From positions 88,722,001 through 88,786,000 of the forward strand of contig OX597818.1 in the NCBI GenBank assembly GCA_951406725.2: a DNA stretch of 64,000 bases, read 5' to 3'. Numbering within the stretch: the stretch's first letter is position 1; every line of letters begins with the position of its first letter. Position numbers and translations under genes: made by a program. Below are positions 28,094 through 42,973 of this stretch, one piece after another. Source of the DNA: Octopus vulgaris (lineage: Eukaryota). Under the pieces are notes generated by a model. It did not search any database and was not told where the DNA came from. It saw only the letters and a program-made list of their open reading frames with translations.

Positions 28094-28560
28094 TGCAATG
28101 CCAATAAGGGATGATGGAATTCTTTTTGTTTTCATATTTTAGTAAGAATGGAATGAAAAGTGTATGAGAAGCTATGGACGTCAAAATCTAAAGATCTAGT
28201 GGAAGTGCGGGGAGAAGACTTCCTCAAACCAGAGACATAGCATGAACACTGGCAACAAAGCGCACAAATAATCAAACCGTACTGTTAAACTGGTTGGTGG
28301 TGTATATCTAATGCGTAAGTTGGTCGTAGCGGAATTCGAACCGCGGATGCAAATGCTGGCACAAATACTGCAAGGATTGTCATCCAGCATTCCTTACTGT
28401 CCTGCAAATCCATCGCTACGGATTGGTATATTTTATCGTCTTCGAATGAGTGAAAATATAACTGACTGATTTGAACTCGAAGTTCGTAGCTCTGAAACAG
28501 ATACTGCGAGGGAGACGACGTCACACCCTAATGATTCTGTCACTATATGTTTTTTCTTTT
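28090..28560 (+). mobile_element. Highly degraded mariner-like transposase fragment
   Basis: Weak remnants of the HPPYSPD-like region (CATTCCTTACTGTCCTGCA) and LKQILRGRR. Boundaries uncertain. Confidence 0.35.
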
Positions 28561-28825
28561 TGTTTTTGTTCTTTTGTTTATGTTTTTGCAAAAAAAATAT
28601 CAATGCCTGACACGATACTGGGACCAAATTATTCAAGCTTTGTGGGTTTTTTTCTTTGCAAAACAGGCAGTGAAGAGACAAAATAGAATTGCTGCAAAGG
28701 TAACTGGCTGTTTTCCAATAAAACACCTTACCCAGACCTCCATCTTCTACAGGAAATTTCCAAGGACACAAAATCATGTTCTCTAAAACAGACAGAAAGA
28801 CACACACACATATATTTATATATAC

Positions 28826-29151
<326 letters not shown>

Positions 29152-29152
29152 C

Positions 29153-29185
<33 letters not shown>

Positions 29186-29413
29186 CATATATATGCATAT
29201 ATATATATACATATATATAGATATATATATATATATAGATATATATATACATATATATAAATGTATATATATATATATATACTTACATATACATGTATAT
29301 ATATTCATACATACATTTATATATTCCGTTATGCATTTATGCGTTTTACCTCTGTTAGGACATGCTGGGGCACCGTCAGTGTAATCATCTTTTCAACAGC
29401 CAATCATATATAC

Positions 29414-29448
<35 letters not shown>

Positions 29449-29449
29449 T

Positions 29450-29502
<53 letters not shown>

Positions 29503-29512
29503 TACATACATA

Positions 29513-30615
29513 TACACGTGCAAGTGTAATGAAAAAGTGGACATAACTGTTTTATTAACCCACTTACGTCGTTTAAATTGGGCATGTTGGTAGAGAAACA
29601 CTTACTCTGTAATAACATTTCTTTTCTTCCTTATTGCAGGACAATAACTGTCTCGAAGCAGAACCATGATTCCGTTGAAATCTTGATGTAAAGATCGTTG
29701 TACGTTGTCCAGTATCCACTAGATGTTACAGGTTGTTTGCAGGAATAACGATATTGACAAGAGCATTCTGTACAGATGGATGAAGAAGTTTAAAGAAACC
29801 ACCTAGTGAAAAATCATCAACTGCGACCACTGAGATGAATTGATTTGATCCATCAAAGGAACCAAAACCGGTTGACATCTGATTTTAAAATGCAGAAGTG
29901 TGAAAGCCTGCTCGGATCTACTGGAAGCGTTTGAAGCCAGTGAAAATACGTTTCCTTTTTAATTTTTTTATATTCGTTCTGATCTAGAAACAAAGTATCA
30001 AATATGGTCGTATGTTTATGATCCAGAAACGAACATGCAAAGTGCACTGCAGAATGGCGTCTCACTCTTTTCCTAAAGCCTAAGAAGTTCAAATACTAGC
30101 AATCAGCACACAAAAATCATAATGACTGTTTTGCAGATGACAAACGTTTTTTGTACTTGATTCGTCCTTGATTTTCTGAAAGATGCCTGTACTGTGAATA
30201 ATGAACGGCACATTGAGAAGCCACTTGGAGCGCGAAATAGTTCCCGAAAGGAAGAAGGATTTGCATTCCCTTTAACAATGTGTGAACACCCACATCTTTG
30301 GCAAAAAATCAGGCAATCAGCAACCTGGCCTGAGTCGTAGTCCCCATATACTGCACAACCTAGATCTAATATCCTCTGGCTTCCACCTGTTTGTTCCAAT
30401 GAAGACAATGTAAAGGCATCGGAAGTTGATGATACAGACGAGGTGAAAGTGGCTGTGAGGTAGTGGGTACAATAGAGCACATTTCAATCTTATGAAAGAG
30501 CTTTCAAGATTTGGGTTTGATGATGGTACAAATATTTCGCTCGTAATTGAAGCAAAGCTGTGCAGAAACATAATATAGAAGTAGCGTTACTCAACCAATA
30601 TGTACAATACAGATA
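29513..30615 (+). mobile_element. Degraded mariner transposon
   Basis: Fragmentary + strand translation: WMKKFK (HTH), WSYVYDPETNMQS (W.Y.YDPE), PKPKKFK, and FHLFVPMK...DTDEVKVAVR (region after YSPDLAP). Many stops and indels. Confidence 0.7.
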
Positions 30616-30620
30616 CGTAC

Positions 30621-30693
<73 letters not shown>

Positions 30694-31053
30694 TACATTA
30701 ACGACCTATGTTACCTAACACAAAAATTGTCACGTTCGTATATAATGTTCCTTGTGTTGTATGTCTTGTACTCTGTTTTTTCGTTGTTTAAGAAAAATGT
30801 CCATTTCCTTGGTTTTGTGTTTATGTTTTCGTTTCTCATTGTGTTCGCCGTTTTTTTTTGGTGTGTCCTGTACCCATGTATGCATGTATATATACATATA
30901 GATGTAGGTACGTACATGTATGTATGTATATATGCATATGTTTTATTCATTATTTTGTTATTATATATATATTCGTAAAAACGGTAAGATAACAAAAGAA
31001 AGAAATTTCCCTTTATATAACGGTATTTCTTCATAGCGTTTTTTGAGATGGCC

Positions 31054-31116
31054 AGATAACCGAAGAGATAGTGTTGTGGATTTCCACTTCGGCATTCGAA
31101 ACTCACAGTTTTATCT
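31054..31116 (+). ncRNA. Type I HHR-like motif, U4C core variant with elongated stem II
   Basis: AGAUAA / CCGAAGA / 31-nt stem II (G..GUGUUG-UGGA..UCCA..CGGCAU..C) / GAA / ACU-CAC-AGU / U / UUAUCU, with a 6-bp stem I. Confidence 0.55.
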
Positions 31117-31145
31117 TGACTATTGAATAATTGCAACATATTATG

Positions 31146-31227
<82 letters not shown>

Positions 31228-31599
31228 ATATATATATATGTCTGTATGAGGGTCTATTTAAGTATTTTGTCATTTGTCACTCATTTATTCTTATTCATTT
31301 ATTTATTTTTATTTACTTATCTTTTACTTGTTTGTTTATTTATATATTTTGATTACTTATACTTATGATTGTAATTAATAAATAGATCCAAACGAATGTT
31401 TACAAGCTGTTTGTCGATTGATTATCCTCTCCATTTTCTTATTTGCCTTATATATATATATATATATATATACAAACATACTAAGATATTAAGATATAAG
31501 ATATACTACACATATGATACATATATGCATGTATATACATATATATATATACATACATGTATACACGCACAGACATATATATACGTATGAATATATTCT

Positions 31600-31822
31600 T
31601 TTGCTCTTTTATTTACTTCAGTCATTTGACTGAGGCCATGTCGGAGTACTGTCTTAAAGGATTTTAGTCGAAGAAATCAATTCCAGCACTTATCTTTTGT
31701 AAGCCTAGTACATATTCTATCGGACTATTTTGCCGAACTGCTCAGTTATGGGGAATTAAATACACCATCGGGTGTCAAGCAATGGAGGAAAGACAAACAC
31801 AGACGCAAAGACACACACACAC

Positions 31823-31872
<50 letters not shown>

Positions 31873-31978
31873 GACGGGCTTCTTTTAATTTCTACGTACC
31901 AAATCCACTCGTCGGGCTTAACCCGGAACGATGTGATTGAGAAGCAAACATTTTACCACACTGCCACGCCTGCACCTA
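31600..31978 (-). mobile_element. SINE family B copy (internally deleted)
   Basis: Family B tail and head motifs around (TA)n. Confidence 0.8.
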
Positions 31979-32041
31979 TCTATATATTTATAATATATAT
32001 GTATATATTCATACGTATATATACGCAGACCCATTTATATG

Positions 32042-32372
<331 letters not shown>

Positions 32373-32405
32373 TAAATCCTTTGCATCGTGTTTTTCTTTT
32401 GATAA

Positions 32406-32439
<34 letters not shown>

Positions 32440-32475
32440 TGTATACACATGTTTATCTACATATATATATCTGTC

Positions 32476-32513
<38 letters not shown>

Positions 32514-32514
32514 T

Positions 32515-32604
<90 letters not shown>

Positions 32605-33109
32605 GTAAGAGGAGGAGAGAGATAGAATAATAGTGGGAACTTAATAACGTCGATTATGAATATGCACAATATGGCTAAGGGAAAACAGTTAAGAGAATGT
32701 TCTGCATATTAAACAGAAACACGGAAGGTTCTCACGTAAAGAATATAGTGAACTGAAGCGTCCAGTCAACTGATATTAGCTGAGAAATTAGGAAATGAAA
32801 TCTCTCTTTAAGTGTATTGATAATGTATGAACAACAAGGATTATACGTAGATGCATATATATATACATATATATATATATTATAATCAATTATGGGTAGG
32901 AGCGTTAGGCAGTGATGTGTATAATTTGTATATATATATGTGTGTGTGGGTGGGTGTCTGTGTGTGTGTGTGTGTCTGTGTAAATTCATGTAAATTATGT
33001 TTCTCTCTCTCTTTCACTATCCCCCCCTCTCTCTCTCTCTCTCTCTCTGGGCCATGATATCACAAAACGTAACTTAAAAAAGGATTTAGCAAATCCTGAG
33101 GTGGTGCTA

Positions 33110-33770
33110 CTAAGTTAGGCATGGCCTGAGCCAATTCTTTATTGGAACACATCTAAGTTATCGGGTTCGATCCCGCTGCTACTATAGACTCGGGCCGACC
33201 ACAGCCTTGTGAGTGGATTTGAAACACACTCTCGCGCGCGCGTGCCTGCATATAGACGCTGGCGTGATTGTGTGGTTCAAAAGCTTACTTCCCATGCATG
33301 TGGTGTTAGGTTCAATCTCATTTCGCTGCACTTTGGGCAAGGGCTTTCTACTATAACCCCAGGCTAACAAATGCCTTGTGAGTGGATTTGGTATACGGAA
33401 ACTAAAAGCCTGTCGTAGTTTCTTTTATTTGTCACATGGTCAGCAGATGAAGGGATCATCACAAGAACAATTTAAAAATTGAGAAGGGGTTTACATTCTG
33501 AAGATCGTGAAATAATAGTATACTTAGGCACAAGCTTGCTTCCCAACCATATGGTTCCAGGTTGAGTCCCCCATCGCCGCTTCACAACCGGCAGTGGTGT
33601 GTTTACGTCCCTTTAACTTTGCTGTTCGGCCAGAGTGACCGATAGAATAAGTACTAGGCTTTAAAAAAATAAGTGCTAGAGTCGATTTGTTCGACTAAAA
33701 TTCTTGAAGGCGGGGCCAGAGCATGGTCGTAGCCAAACGACTGAAACAGGTAAAATATAAAAGATAAAAT
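33110..33770 (+). mobile_element. Cluster of fragmented SINE family B copies
   Basis: Repeated GCCTTGTGAGTGGATTTG and the family B tail GACCGATAGAATAAGTACTAGGC. Confidence 0.7.
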
Positions 33771-34352
33771 AGGTAAGATAGTATAACCGAGTACGTCAAA
33801 GATGGAGTCAACCTGATGCAGAACCCAATCAAGTAACTCCATAAATTCAAGTCCACTTTGACTGCCAAGGCATAAACCTTACCCGACAGTTGTTCTCCAA
33901 TCCAGAGCTGTATGCAGGATTTAGTTCCGTTCACTCTAATCATACTTGACATAGTCACTCACCCTTTGACAAATTCTGTGGTAGAGCAGGAGAGAGAGAG
34001 AGCGAGCGGGAGAGAGTACTTTCCAAATAGGATTTTAAAAAATCAATGAGGGCTTGACAGAAGAAGAAATTTATTTTTTCTTAAATCCTTTCAGTCTCGT
34101 CCGCCACACAACCTTTTTCACCATCGCCACTTCAGAGACGATGACCGCCTGCCTTGCCTTGTTAAATGTATGCAAATAATAAATGTTACATCGGGTTATA
34201 TTTTCTTCACTTGGAGATAATAGTTCTGTAGAAATAGATAGGCAGATGAACAGATAGAGAGAGATACAGATATTAAATAAACCCACTGAAGCAGAACACA
34301 CGTGTAATCATTTGTACTTGTATGCATGTATGTATGTATGTATGTATATATG

Positions 34353-34386
<34 letters not shown>

Positions 34387-34427
34387 TGTATGTATGTATG
34401 TATGTATATATCTATCTATCTATCTAT

Positions 34428-34660
34428 CTTATTTCTTTACTGCCCACAAGGGGCTAAACATAGAGGGGAAAAACAGGACAAACAAAGGAATTAAGTCGAT
34501 TACATCGACTCCAGTGCGTAACTGGAGCTTAATTTATCGACCCCGAAAGGATGAAAGGCAAAGTCGACCTCGGCGGAATTTGAACGCAGAACGTAACAGC
34601 AGACGAAATACCACTAAGCATTTCACCCGGCGTGCTAACGCTTCAGCCAGCTCGCCGCCT
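34428..34660 (-). mobile_element. Full-length SINE family A
   Basis: Reverse complement of 4682-4912. Confidence 0.85.
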
Positions 34661-34661
34661 T

Positions 34662-34718
<57 letters not shown>

Positions 34719-34922
34719 CATCTACGGACGTGCTGTCACTTCGGCTCCGAAGGTAATCGTTTATTTTGACTATTTATAGCCCATATTTTGTGTACATTTT
34801 TGTAAATAAGGTGTGTAAGGCACTCAACTTTCGTTTGAGTGCTTTTCCAAGGGAGGAATTCGCCCCTAGGGGCAGTTTCAACCCTATTTAATTTGTGTAA
34901 TTTTCTTCTCGACATTTTGAAA

Positions 34923-36427
34923 ATGTCGAATAATTGTATTGTAGAACGCTGGTCGCGTTCCTTTATCGACCAACATTTTCCTAGTCTGGAAACGCTAGGA
35001 GAAGAAAAAAAGAACTCATGCACGCAAAGTGCAAACCTGAATGACGTGGCAGTGAATGCTGCAACCACTTGCGATAACAGCGCTGTCACCATCACCACTA
35101 ACAACAACAACAACAACAACAACGAGACTACTACTGCTAAGATCACTTTAAACAATGTCCCAAAAACAGCGAACAATCTATGGCTAGTAAAGGCCTTATG
35201 TGTGAAAATGGAAGATTTCACAATTTTAGAAACTACGGTCACGGAACACAAAAACTGGGTGGGAAAAAAAGTAGAATTTCTACTACATATAAACCAAGAT
35301 GACATAAAGAAAATACCCATCCAGATATGTGTATCAGAAGACCACAAGTTGTATGTGGTCGTCGATGGCAGAAGACCACGTTGCTACATATGCGGCAGTG
35401 AGCAACACCTAAAAAAAAATTGCAAATATGCCGCAAGAAAACAACAGCAACAACAACAGCAGCCGGAAAAAACAAAAAAGCCAGCTTTACTACCCACACC
35501 ACAATTGGTACAAACAGGACTAATCACAGAAAATCAACAAAACACAAACCTCACCAACCAAACAACCACGCCAACTGCACCAAGAACAGAAGCAACACCA
35601 ACAACAACAACAACCAAGAATAAACCAACTCCCAAACCAAGGACATCTGCCAAAAAGACACTCATCGAAAATGAAGAAACAATTACTACTCCAAATCCCC
35701 ACAAAATTGACACCCCAAACAACACAACAATACCTACAATCACTCAAACACAAAATACCCACACCCCACCTCCAAAACCGCATACACCACAACCTAACGC
35801 TCACCAACCAACACCAACAACAAAATCAACACAGTCTACAATATACCCCAATATTTTCCCTCTCCCAAGCTCTGATTCCTCTGATTTGTCATTAGACGAA
35901 GAAGACACAGAAGATTGGCAAATAGCTACAGGGGGGAGAAGAGAAAGGGGAAAAAAAGAAAAGAAAAGATAACTAACAAAGCAGGAAGATTCACCACTCC
36001 CGAAACAAAAACATCTACAGAAAACAAACACATCAACACAAACACACCATCATCAAACCCCCCAACAATGTTGACAGCCATAAACACAAACAACCACGAC
36101 CTAATGGAACACATTAAGTCAAACACCAACATACCTGAAAACGACATAAAAACAAATAACCACCCATGCACAACACCACCACAACACATTAAAATAATAT
36201 ACGTAACACAGAACACATACAGCACCCTGAAATCTCTTTACCCTGATGCAGTAGGGAGATTTCAAAAATATTCATCAAAGAAACTATATAAAAACCTCAT
36301 GGAAGAAGACTGTGAGGTGAAAAAACAAAGGACTTTCGAACAAGTAACCTTTTTCTCTCTCTTTCCTTTTTTGCACTTTCTTTTCGTGTGTAAAACACAA
36401 TTTTTTATCGGAACATGCTCAGAATAG
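34923..36427 (+). pseudogene. Tx1-type ORF1 (gag-like, CCHC zinc knuckle, T/P/Q-rich tail), probably frameshifted near 35960
   Basis: VVVDGRRPRCYICGSEQHLKKNC fits CX2CX4HX4C. The reading frame continues in ORF 35915..36427, which overlaps the ORF2 start. Confidence 0.8.
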
Positions 36428-39400
36428 GCAGTATAAATGTACGTGGCTTGGGGTCGCCTTGGAAACAAGGCTACCTGTTAAATGACATCAAGTCACTAAA
36501 TCTGAATATCATAGCCATCAGTGAGACCAGACTCCACAGCTCGCGGGCACTCCAGCACAGTTTCGGTACACATTTCAACATATATTTTTCTCCGTGTCTA
36601 CCGAGAATGGGCGGAGGTGGCACCGCGGTGCTTCTCCGGAAGAGTCTGGATCTCAAAGTAAGAGCAACTTTCCTAGACCCGGAGGGTAGGCTGGTCGTTT
36701 TGGATGTCGATGGCAGCAATGAGTGTGCTTTTCGACTGATAACAGTTTATGCTCCGTCCTTAACAGGCCGACCAGATTTCTTTCGACGTCTAGAGTCTTT
36801 CATGGGAACGTCTCGTCCTTTACTTTTAGTGGGGGATTGGAATGCCACCCTGGACACGCATCTAGACTACGTGGGCAGAGATAGCAATAGAAGGGGATGC
36901 AAATGCCTCAAAGACCTGCTCAGACGTTTCCAACTGTCTGACAGGTACCGACTGGACCACCCTAATGTGCCAATGTGGACATGGAGTAACCGCATCGGGT
37001 CGTCCAGATCATACTTAGATAGAGTATTCTGTAGGACAATAGATAAAAATAGTGTAGGTTGTCCACAATTTCATATAGTCAGTTACACAGATCCCAAGTT
37101 TGTGACTTGTACACTTGACTTAGATAAGACACATAGGCAGGGTCCTGGTTACTGGAAACTGAACGCGTCTTTTACAGCACGACAGGTTTACAGGGACCGG
37201 ATCAGCACATTAGTTAAGAGAGCTTTGACGGGTACCATCATCAACAACAGATGGTGGTATGCCCTAAAAAAAGCAATTAAAACAGAATCAGTCAGATACA
37301 GTAAAGCCCTAGCATTAGACTGAAATAGAATAGGGGGAGAATTAGTTAAGGTTTTAGAAGAGGCACTTAGAACTGGCATCGCGTCCAACGTGCTGGCGGC
37401 GAGATTGGCCCTCGACCAACAACTCAACGCCAAACACGAGGGATGCGTTGTCAGAGCTAGGATGCGTGCTCTGAGGAACGAAGGAGTTGGAGCCGCCCAA
37501 GAGGCTCGAGTGGTGGAGACGCAACGAGGCAACAGAGCCACCATCAATTCTCTTATAGATGAACAGGGGCGCGAATTGCTCGAGCCTAAAAGGATGTGTG
37601 GGGCTTTTCAACAACACTTGACCCAACTGTTTGGGACAAGTGATGGGTCAGAACGCAGAGTGGACTTTAGTGCCTACCTGCATGCCTTGTCACGATTCTC
37701 AGCAAGAGAGGTGGAGTCTTGTGAAAGGCCTATCACAGCTGCGGACGTACAGGATGCGATGGGGGGCTGCGCGAGAGACAAGTCACCAGGCTTGGATGGT
37801 CTGCCCTACGAACTTTATTGTCATATGCCAGACTTGTTTGGAGGCGTCTTGGCAGCTGTCTACTGCAACTGGCAGCAAAACGGGAGTATTCCTGCTTTTG
37901 TAAAGTGAGGAGCAGTGGCACTGATTAAGAAAGACCCAAACAAGGGGGACGTCATAGATAATTTCAGACCCATCACTCTGCTCAACGCAGATTTGAAAAT
38001 TTTGGCCAAGGTGTTAGCCGAGAGTTTGGCGCTTGTCATCAAGAAACTAATCGACAAGGCGCAAACATGCGCCGTGCCGGGTAGAAGTATTCATGACAAT
38101 CTCCATCTGATGCGCTACATCATAGACAGGGTAGTTAAGAATCCTGGCATGGGTGGAGCGCTGATCAATTTGGATCAATCAAAAGCTTTCGATAGGGTAG
38201 ACCATCACTACTTGGAGGCTGTCCTTAAATCGGCTGGTTTCGGTCCAGTTTTCCGCGATTAGATCGTTGCCTTATACAGCGGCATCCGCTCAGTAGTTCG
38301 CGTAAATGGTCATCTATCCAGACCTTTTAATATCATGCGTTCGGTTCGTCAGGGATGCCCCCTCTCATCGCTGCTGTATGTATTGACTCTTGAGCCACTA
38401 CTGCGGAAACTGGTGACGCTGAGGGGCATCCCACGAGAGCTGGGATGCGGGAGGAGCGTGTCCGCATACGCGGATGACGTCACCGTCATAGTGTCGAGCT
38501 ACCAGCACATCGATCTGGTCGGCGAGACACTAAAAGAATACGAAGCGGTAACGGGAGCAAAAATTAACCGGGAAAAGTCAGTGGGCTTGCGGCTCGGCAC
38601 CTGGAGAAGCAGGCCCGGTTAAATTGCTCGGGGTCTGGTTCGGTCCGGACCTCCAAATGGAGAAGACCTGGGGCGAGATAACGACTAGGGTGGCTACTCT
38701 CACCCAGAAATGGGCTGAGAGAAAGCTATCCCTAAAAGGTCGGGCGGAGGTGGCGAACGCGTACATCGCATCCGTCATCGAGTATCGTCTGACCGTCGTG
38801 CCTTGTCCCGACCCTACCATCACCAAACTGGAACGTATACTCTTCCGCTTCCTGTGTAAGTGAAACGTTCCGATGGTTAGGCGATCCATTTGCTGTCAAC
38901 ACCCGCTAAATGGAGGGCTGGGCATGCCGTGGTTGATGATGCGCAGACATGCGCTGAGACTGCGACATCTCCGAAGCTTCATAGACAACGGTGAACAGGT
39001 GTGGTCGCCTTTTGTGCGGCGCGCTTTCCCTCAGCTCGTCTCCTTGGACGAACTACAGTCATGGATCAAACAGAGACCGAGGCTAGGCGAATGGCACCGC
39101 GAGTGTCACGTTGCTCTCAAGCAACTCTGCCGTCCGGGATCGAACTTGTGCGACTCCATCACAACAAAGGCATTCTATACAGGATTAGTGGAGGGGAGGT
39201 GCGACGACGAACTCGGGCAGAGTCTGGGCGTCGACGAGGAACACCTGACCCGCCTGTTCAGGACAACTTTTGGTCCGGGACCTATGAACAATCACCAAAG
39301 ATCCCTGGCAGTGCTATCGAGAAGCATTACCTGTTCGGGATAAGCTCTACAGACACGGTTCCAGACACACTGGACCGACTTGCCCGAGATGCGGTCAGAG

Positions 39401-39800
39401 CGACGAAACCGTTCTGCACGCACTCGTGCAATGTCCAACCATTTCAGACCTGTGGGCTTATGCCGAACGGCTGCTGTCACGTGTGGGACAAATCCGCCTA
39501 TCGGCCGAGTCTATCGTAAGAATTGCTCCGCCCCCTTCCCTCAACCGGGAAGGCAAGGCAGTTTTCATCGTACTGGTGGCCATGGTGAAAAAATGTGTGT
39601 GTCGGACCCGAGCGAAAGGATTAGAGACAAACACTTACCTCTCTGGCCAATCGCTCATCAACTTTTTCAAGTACAACTTGAAAAGGAAGGTGAGAATGGA
39701 GAGGGAAGTTTTGTCTCGCGAAAGATTCAAAAAAAGATGGGTGAATGTTACAAAGATGGTGCGTGCGAGTGACGAAACCATTTCGAGCATGATCCTGTAG
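36415..39800 (+). pseudogene. Tx1/L1 ORF2: APE endonuclease + reverse transcriptase + C-terminal zinc finger
   Basis: SINVRGL, ISET, VYAP, VGDWNA, SYLDRV, YWKLN, KSPGLDGLPYE, FRPITLLNADLKILAK, DQSKAFDRVDH, RQGCPLS, AYADDV, CPRC...HALVQC. Stops at 37321, 37906, 38260 and 38861, plus a deletion near 38615. Confidence 0.93.
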
Positions 39801-40095
39801 ATCGTAAAAAAGAAAGAGAGAGAGCATTTTGCTCTCATGTGGTTATTTCCTCCCTAACTGAGGTTCCCGTGGTCTTTTCTGTAGGCTTTTCTTCCCACGG
39901 ATGAACCCAATCTTGTTTTATCAATGTTTTTATCATTGTTTCTGTGATACACGATTTCTTTTCTTTTTTTCCTCCTCTCGATCACTTTTGATCGCAATCT
40001 TACATTTATTTTCTTTTTTCCACCCTCGAAAAGAAAAGCTCTACATTTGTATTTGTCCCCTCTGTATTCAGCCCTGTGTGGCTAATAAAAGAAAG

Positions 40096-40177
<82 letters not shown>

Positions 40178-40419
40178 GAATTTGAGCACTCAAACTAAGG
40201 AAATGTATGATCTCTTAAACATTCTATTCATGACTCAAAGTTAAAAAAGAACACAAACGCACAGATATAAAATATAAAGGAGAAATGAGTGCTTTCCACC
40301 CAAAGTATCATCGGCAGCGGCTTTTCGCACAGTCATTGCCATTCGGTAATTCAGCGGCGCAACTTTGCGTTCCGTAATTTGGCAGTTATGCAGGAAGGCT
40401 ACGCACACATGCGCGCGCG

Positions 40420-40460
40420 CAAGTGTACGTCCAGACCTCTCATACGCACTAATACTCTCT

Positions 40461-40500
<40 letters not shown>

Positions 40501-40827
40501 TATGTTGGAGCGAGGTCATTTAACCCTATTATCTCCCCTAATTTCGCTCTTGCGTCTCACGTTTGATCTTTGACTTCTGGCCGAAATCAGATCGCCATGT
40601 TGATTCGCTAGCCTCTGCACGCATTTTTTCTCTCCTTCTTTCTGTGTTTCTTCTCTGTGTATCTTTCTGTTGAAGAGCGTAGGCTCGAAACGTTAAAGAC
40701 TTGTTTTATTTATATTTCCTAAGCGCCATACTAATACAATTGTTTGTTTGTATTCAACCTGCCTTCGTCTTTTGTTTATTTCCGTAAACCTGCCTTCGTC
40801 TTTTGTCTATTTTCATAAAGCCTCCCG

Positions 40828-40830
<3 letters not shown>
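40420..40830 (+). mobile_element. Penelope-like 3' region / pLTR solo fragment
   Basis: Reverse complement of 52840-53270, which lies downstream of the GIY-YIG ORF. Contains the HHR-like motif. Confidence 0.8.
40662..40699 (+). ncRNA. Minimal HHR-like motif, A6U core variant with extra A
   Basis: UCUUU / CUGUUGA / A / GAGC-GUAG-GCUC / GAA / A-CG-U / U / AAAGA. Confidence 0.6.
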
Positions 40831-40894
<64 letters not shown>

Positions 40895-41289
40895 GTCAGG
40901 GTAATAATTATTTTAGAAATGTTTACTACCTGTGGCCTAGCGTGTAGAAAAATTAGTCAACAGACTATATATTATTCATATAAATACAGTGTACATTTAA
41001 ACACATAAGAAGTATCCAAAATAGGATTCCTTTCACGCTAGAAGGAACAGCTAAAGCCCAAACCACTGTTAGGGATAAAACCGCGAAGGGAATGAAAAAT
41101 AAAAACATTATTTGCCATCTATATCCTGGACCATGGTTTCTGTCTTTTTTTAGCAAATAAAATAATTTGTTACGCGAAGTCTTCATCAACATGTACGCCT
41201 AGATCAAACATATAAGTACGAGGCAAATCCAGCATGTGCATCTTGCTGATACATTTCGATTTTTATATATATTCTTTATTTCTTATTTG

Positions 41290-41379
41290 CGGGAACATAA
41301 ACGCACCAACACCGGTTGTCAAGCGGTAGTGGTGAGAAAACAACAGAGACAAATACACACTCACACACACACACACATA

Positions 41380-41411
<32 letters not shown>

Positions 41412-41424
41412 AACACTCTCTCAC

Positions 41425-41480
<56 letters not shown>

Positions 41481-41827
41481 GCGACAAGCTTCTTTCAGTT
41501 TCCATCTACCAAGCATGGCACTCTGTCGCTTAGGTTGACAAATGTTCCAGTTGATGCAACCAACAGAACAGGTTCCTGCTGAAATAAGCGTGCAAGCGGC
41601 AGAGCATTCGACAAACATACGCACTCTTAACGCAGTTCTCAGGGAGATTCAACGTGAAACACAATGTGATAGGGGAATTACAGGTAGATCTCAATTTTGT
41701 CTGTTGAATGGACTGCGGCAATGTGAAATAGAGCCCCTTGCTCAAGGACACAACACACTTCCAGGAATCGAACTCACAACCTTATGATCGTCAGCCAAAT
41801 TTTCTAACCTCTAAGCCACGCGCCCTC
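41290..41827 (-). mobile_element. SINE fragments (family B body at 41290-41510, family C/D-related SINE at 41515-41827)
   Basis: Minus strand GGCGCGTGGCTTAGAGGTTAG...GTGAGTTCGATTCC...TGTGTCCTTGAGCAAG head, and a tail similar to 18190-18260. Confidence 0.7.
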
Positions 41828-41854
41828 ACACACACACACATATATATTTGATTA

Positions 41855-42195
<341 letters not shown>

Positions 42196-42204
42196 TGTAG
42201 CTAC

Positions 42205-42530
42205 ATGCATAGCTTAGTGGTAAGTCATGAGGTAGTGTGTTCGATTCCACGACTGGGCTGTGTCCTGTGTTTTTGAGCAAGACACTTTATTTCATGTTGC
42301 TCCATTTCACTCAGCTATAGAAATGAGTTTCGACTTCACTGGTACCAAGCTGTATCATCAGCATTTGTCTTTCTCTTGGATAACATCTGTGGCGTGGAGA
42401 GGGGAGGCTGGTAGGCAGCAGTGACTGCTGGTGTTCCATAAGCAACCTTGCCCGGACTTCTGCCACGGAGAGTAACTTTCTAGGTGCAACCCCGTGACCT
42501 TCATGACAGGAGGAGATATTTACCCCGCTT
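42205..42530 (+). mobile_element. tRNA-derived SINE family D
   Basis: TAGCTTAGTGGTAAG...GTTCGATTCC...TTGAGCAAGACACTTTATTTC...CAGCTATAGAAATGAGTT. A second copy lies at 59350-59690(-). Confidence 0.8.
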
Positions 42531-42571
42531 TTAGCTCTTTTTATATATGCACAAACACTTATACACAATAC

Positions 42572-42973
42572 TGATTTCAAATTTTGCCACAAGGGCAGAT
42601 TGGGGGAGGGGATTAAGTCGATTATATCGACTCCAGTGCGTAACTGGTGCTTATTTAATGAACCCCGAAAGGATGAAAGGCAAAGTCGACCTCGGTGAAA
42701 TTTGAACTCAGAACGTAGCGGCAGACGATATACCGCGAAGCATTTCACCCGGTGTGCTAAAGATAGGGGCTAAACATAGAGGGGACAAACAAGGACAGAC
42801 AAACGGATTAAATCGATTAGATCGACCCCAGTGCGTAACTGGTACTTATTTAATCGACCCCGAAAGGATGAAAAGTTGACCTCGGCAGAATTTGAACTCA
42901 GAACGTAACGGCAGACGAAATACCGCCTAAGCATTTCGCCCGGCGTGCTAAAGACACTGCCAGCCCGTCACCT
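42572..42973 (-). mobile_element. Two tandem SINE family A copies
   Basis: Both match 34428-34660. The flanking ACACTTATACACAATA at about 42556 and 42975 looks like a target-site duplication. Confidence 0.85.

Larger units (their letters stand above)
34725..40096 (+). mobile_element. Near-full-length Tx1/L1-clade LINE (ORF1 + APE/RT ORF2), inactivated, inserted in (TATC)n
   Basis: Two-ORF layout, AATAAA near the 3' end, and (TATC)n directly at both ends (34663-34718 and 40097-40177). Confidence 0.92.

Noticed and set aside
34736-35347. 203-aa antisense ORF (also 37188-37547, 38578-38889, 54005-54334)
   Set aside because: Shadow frames opposite transposon ORFs.
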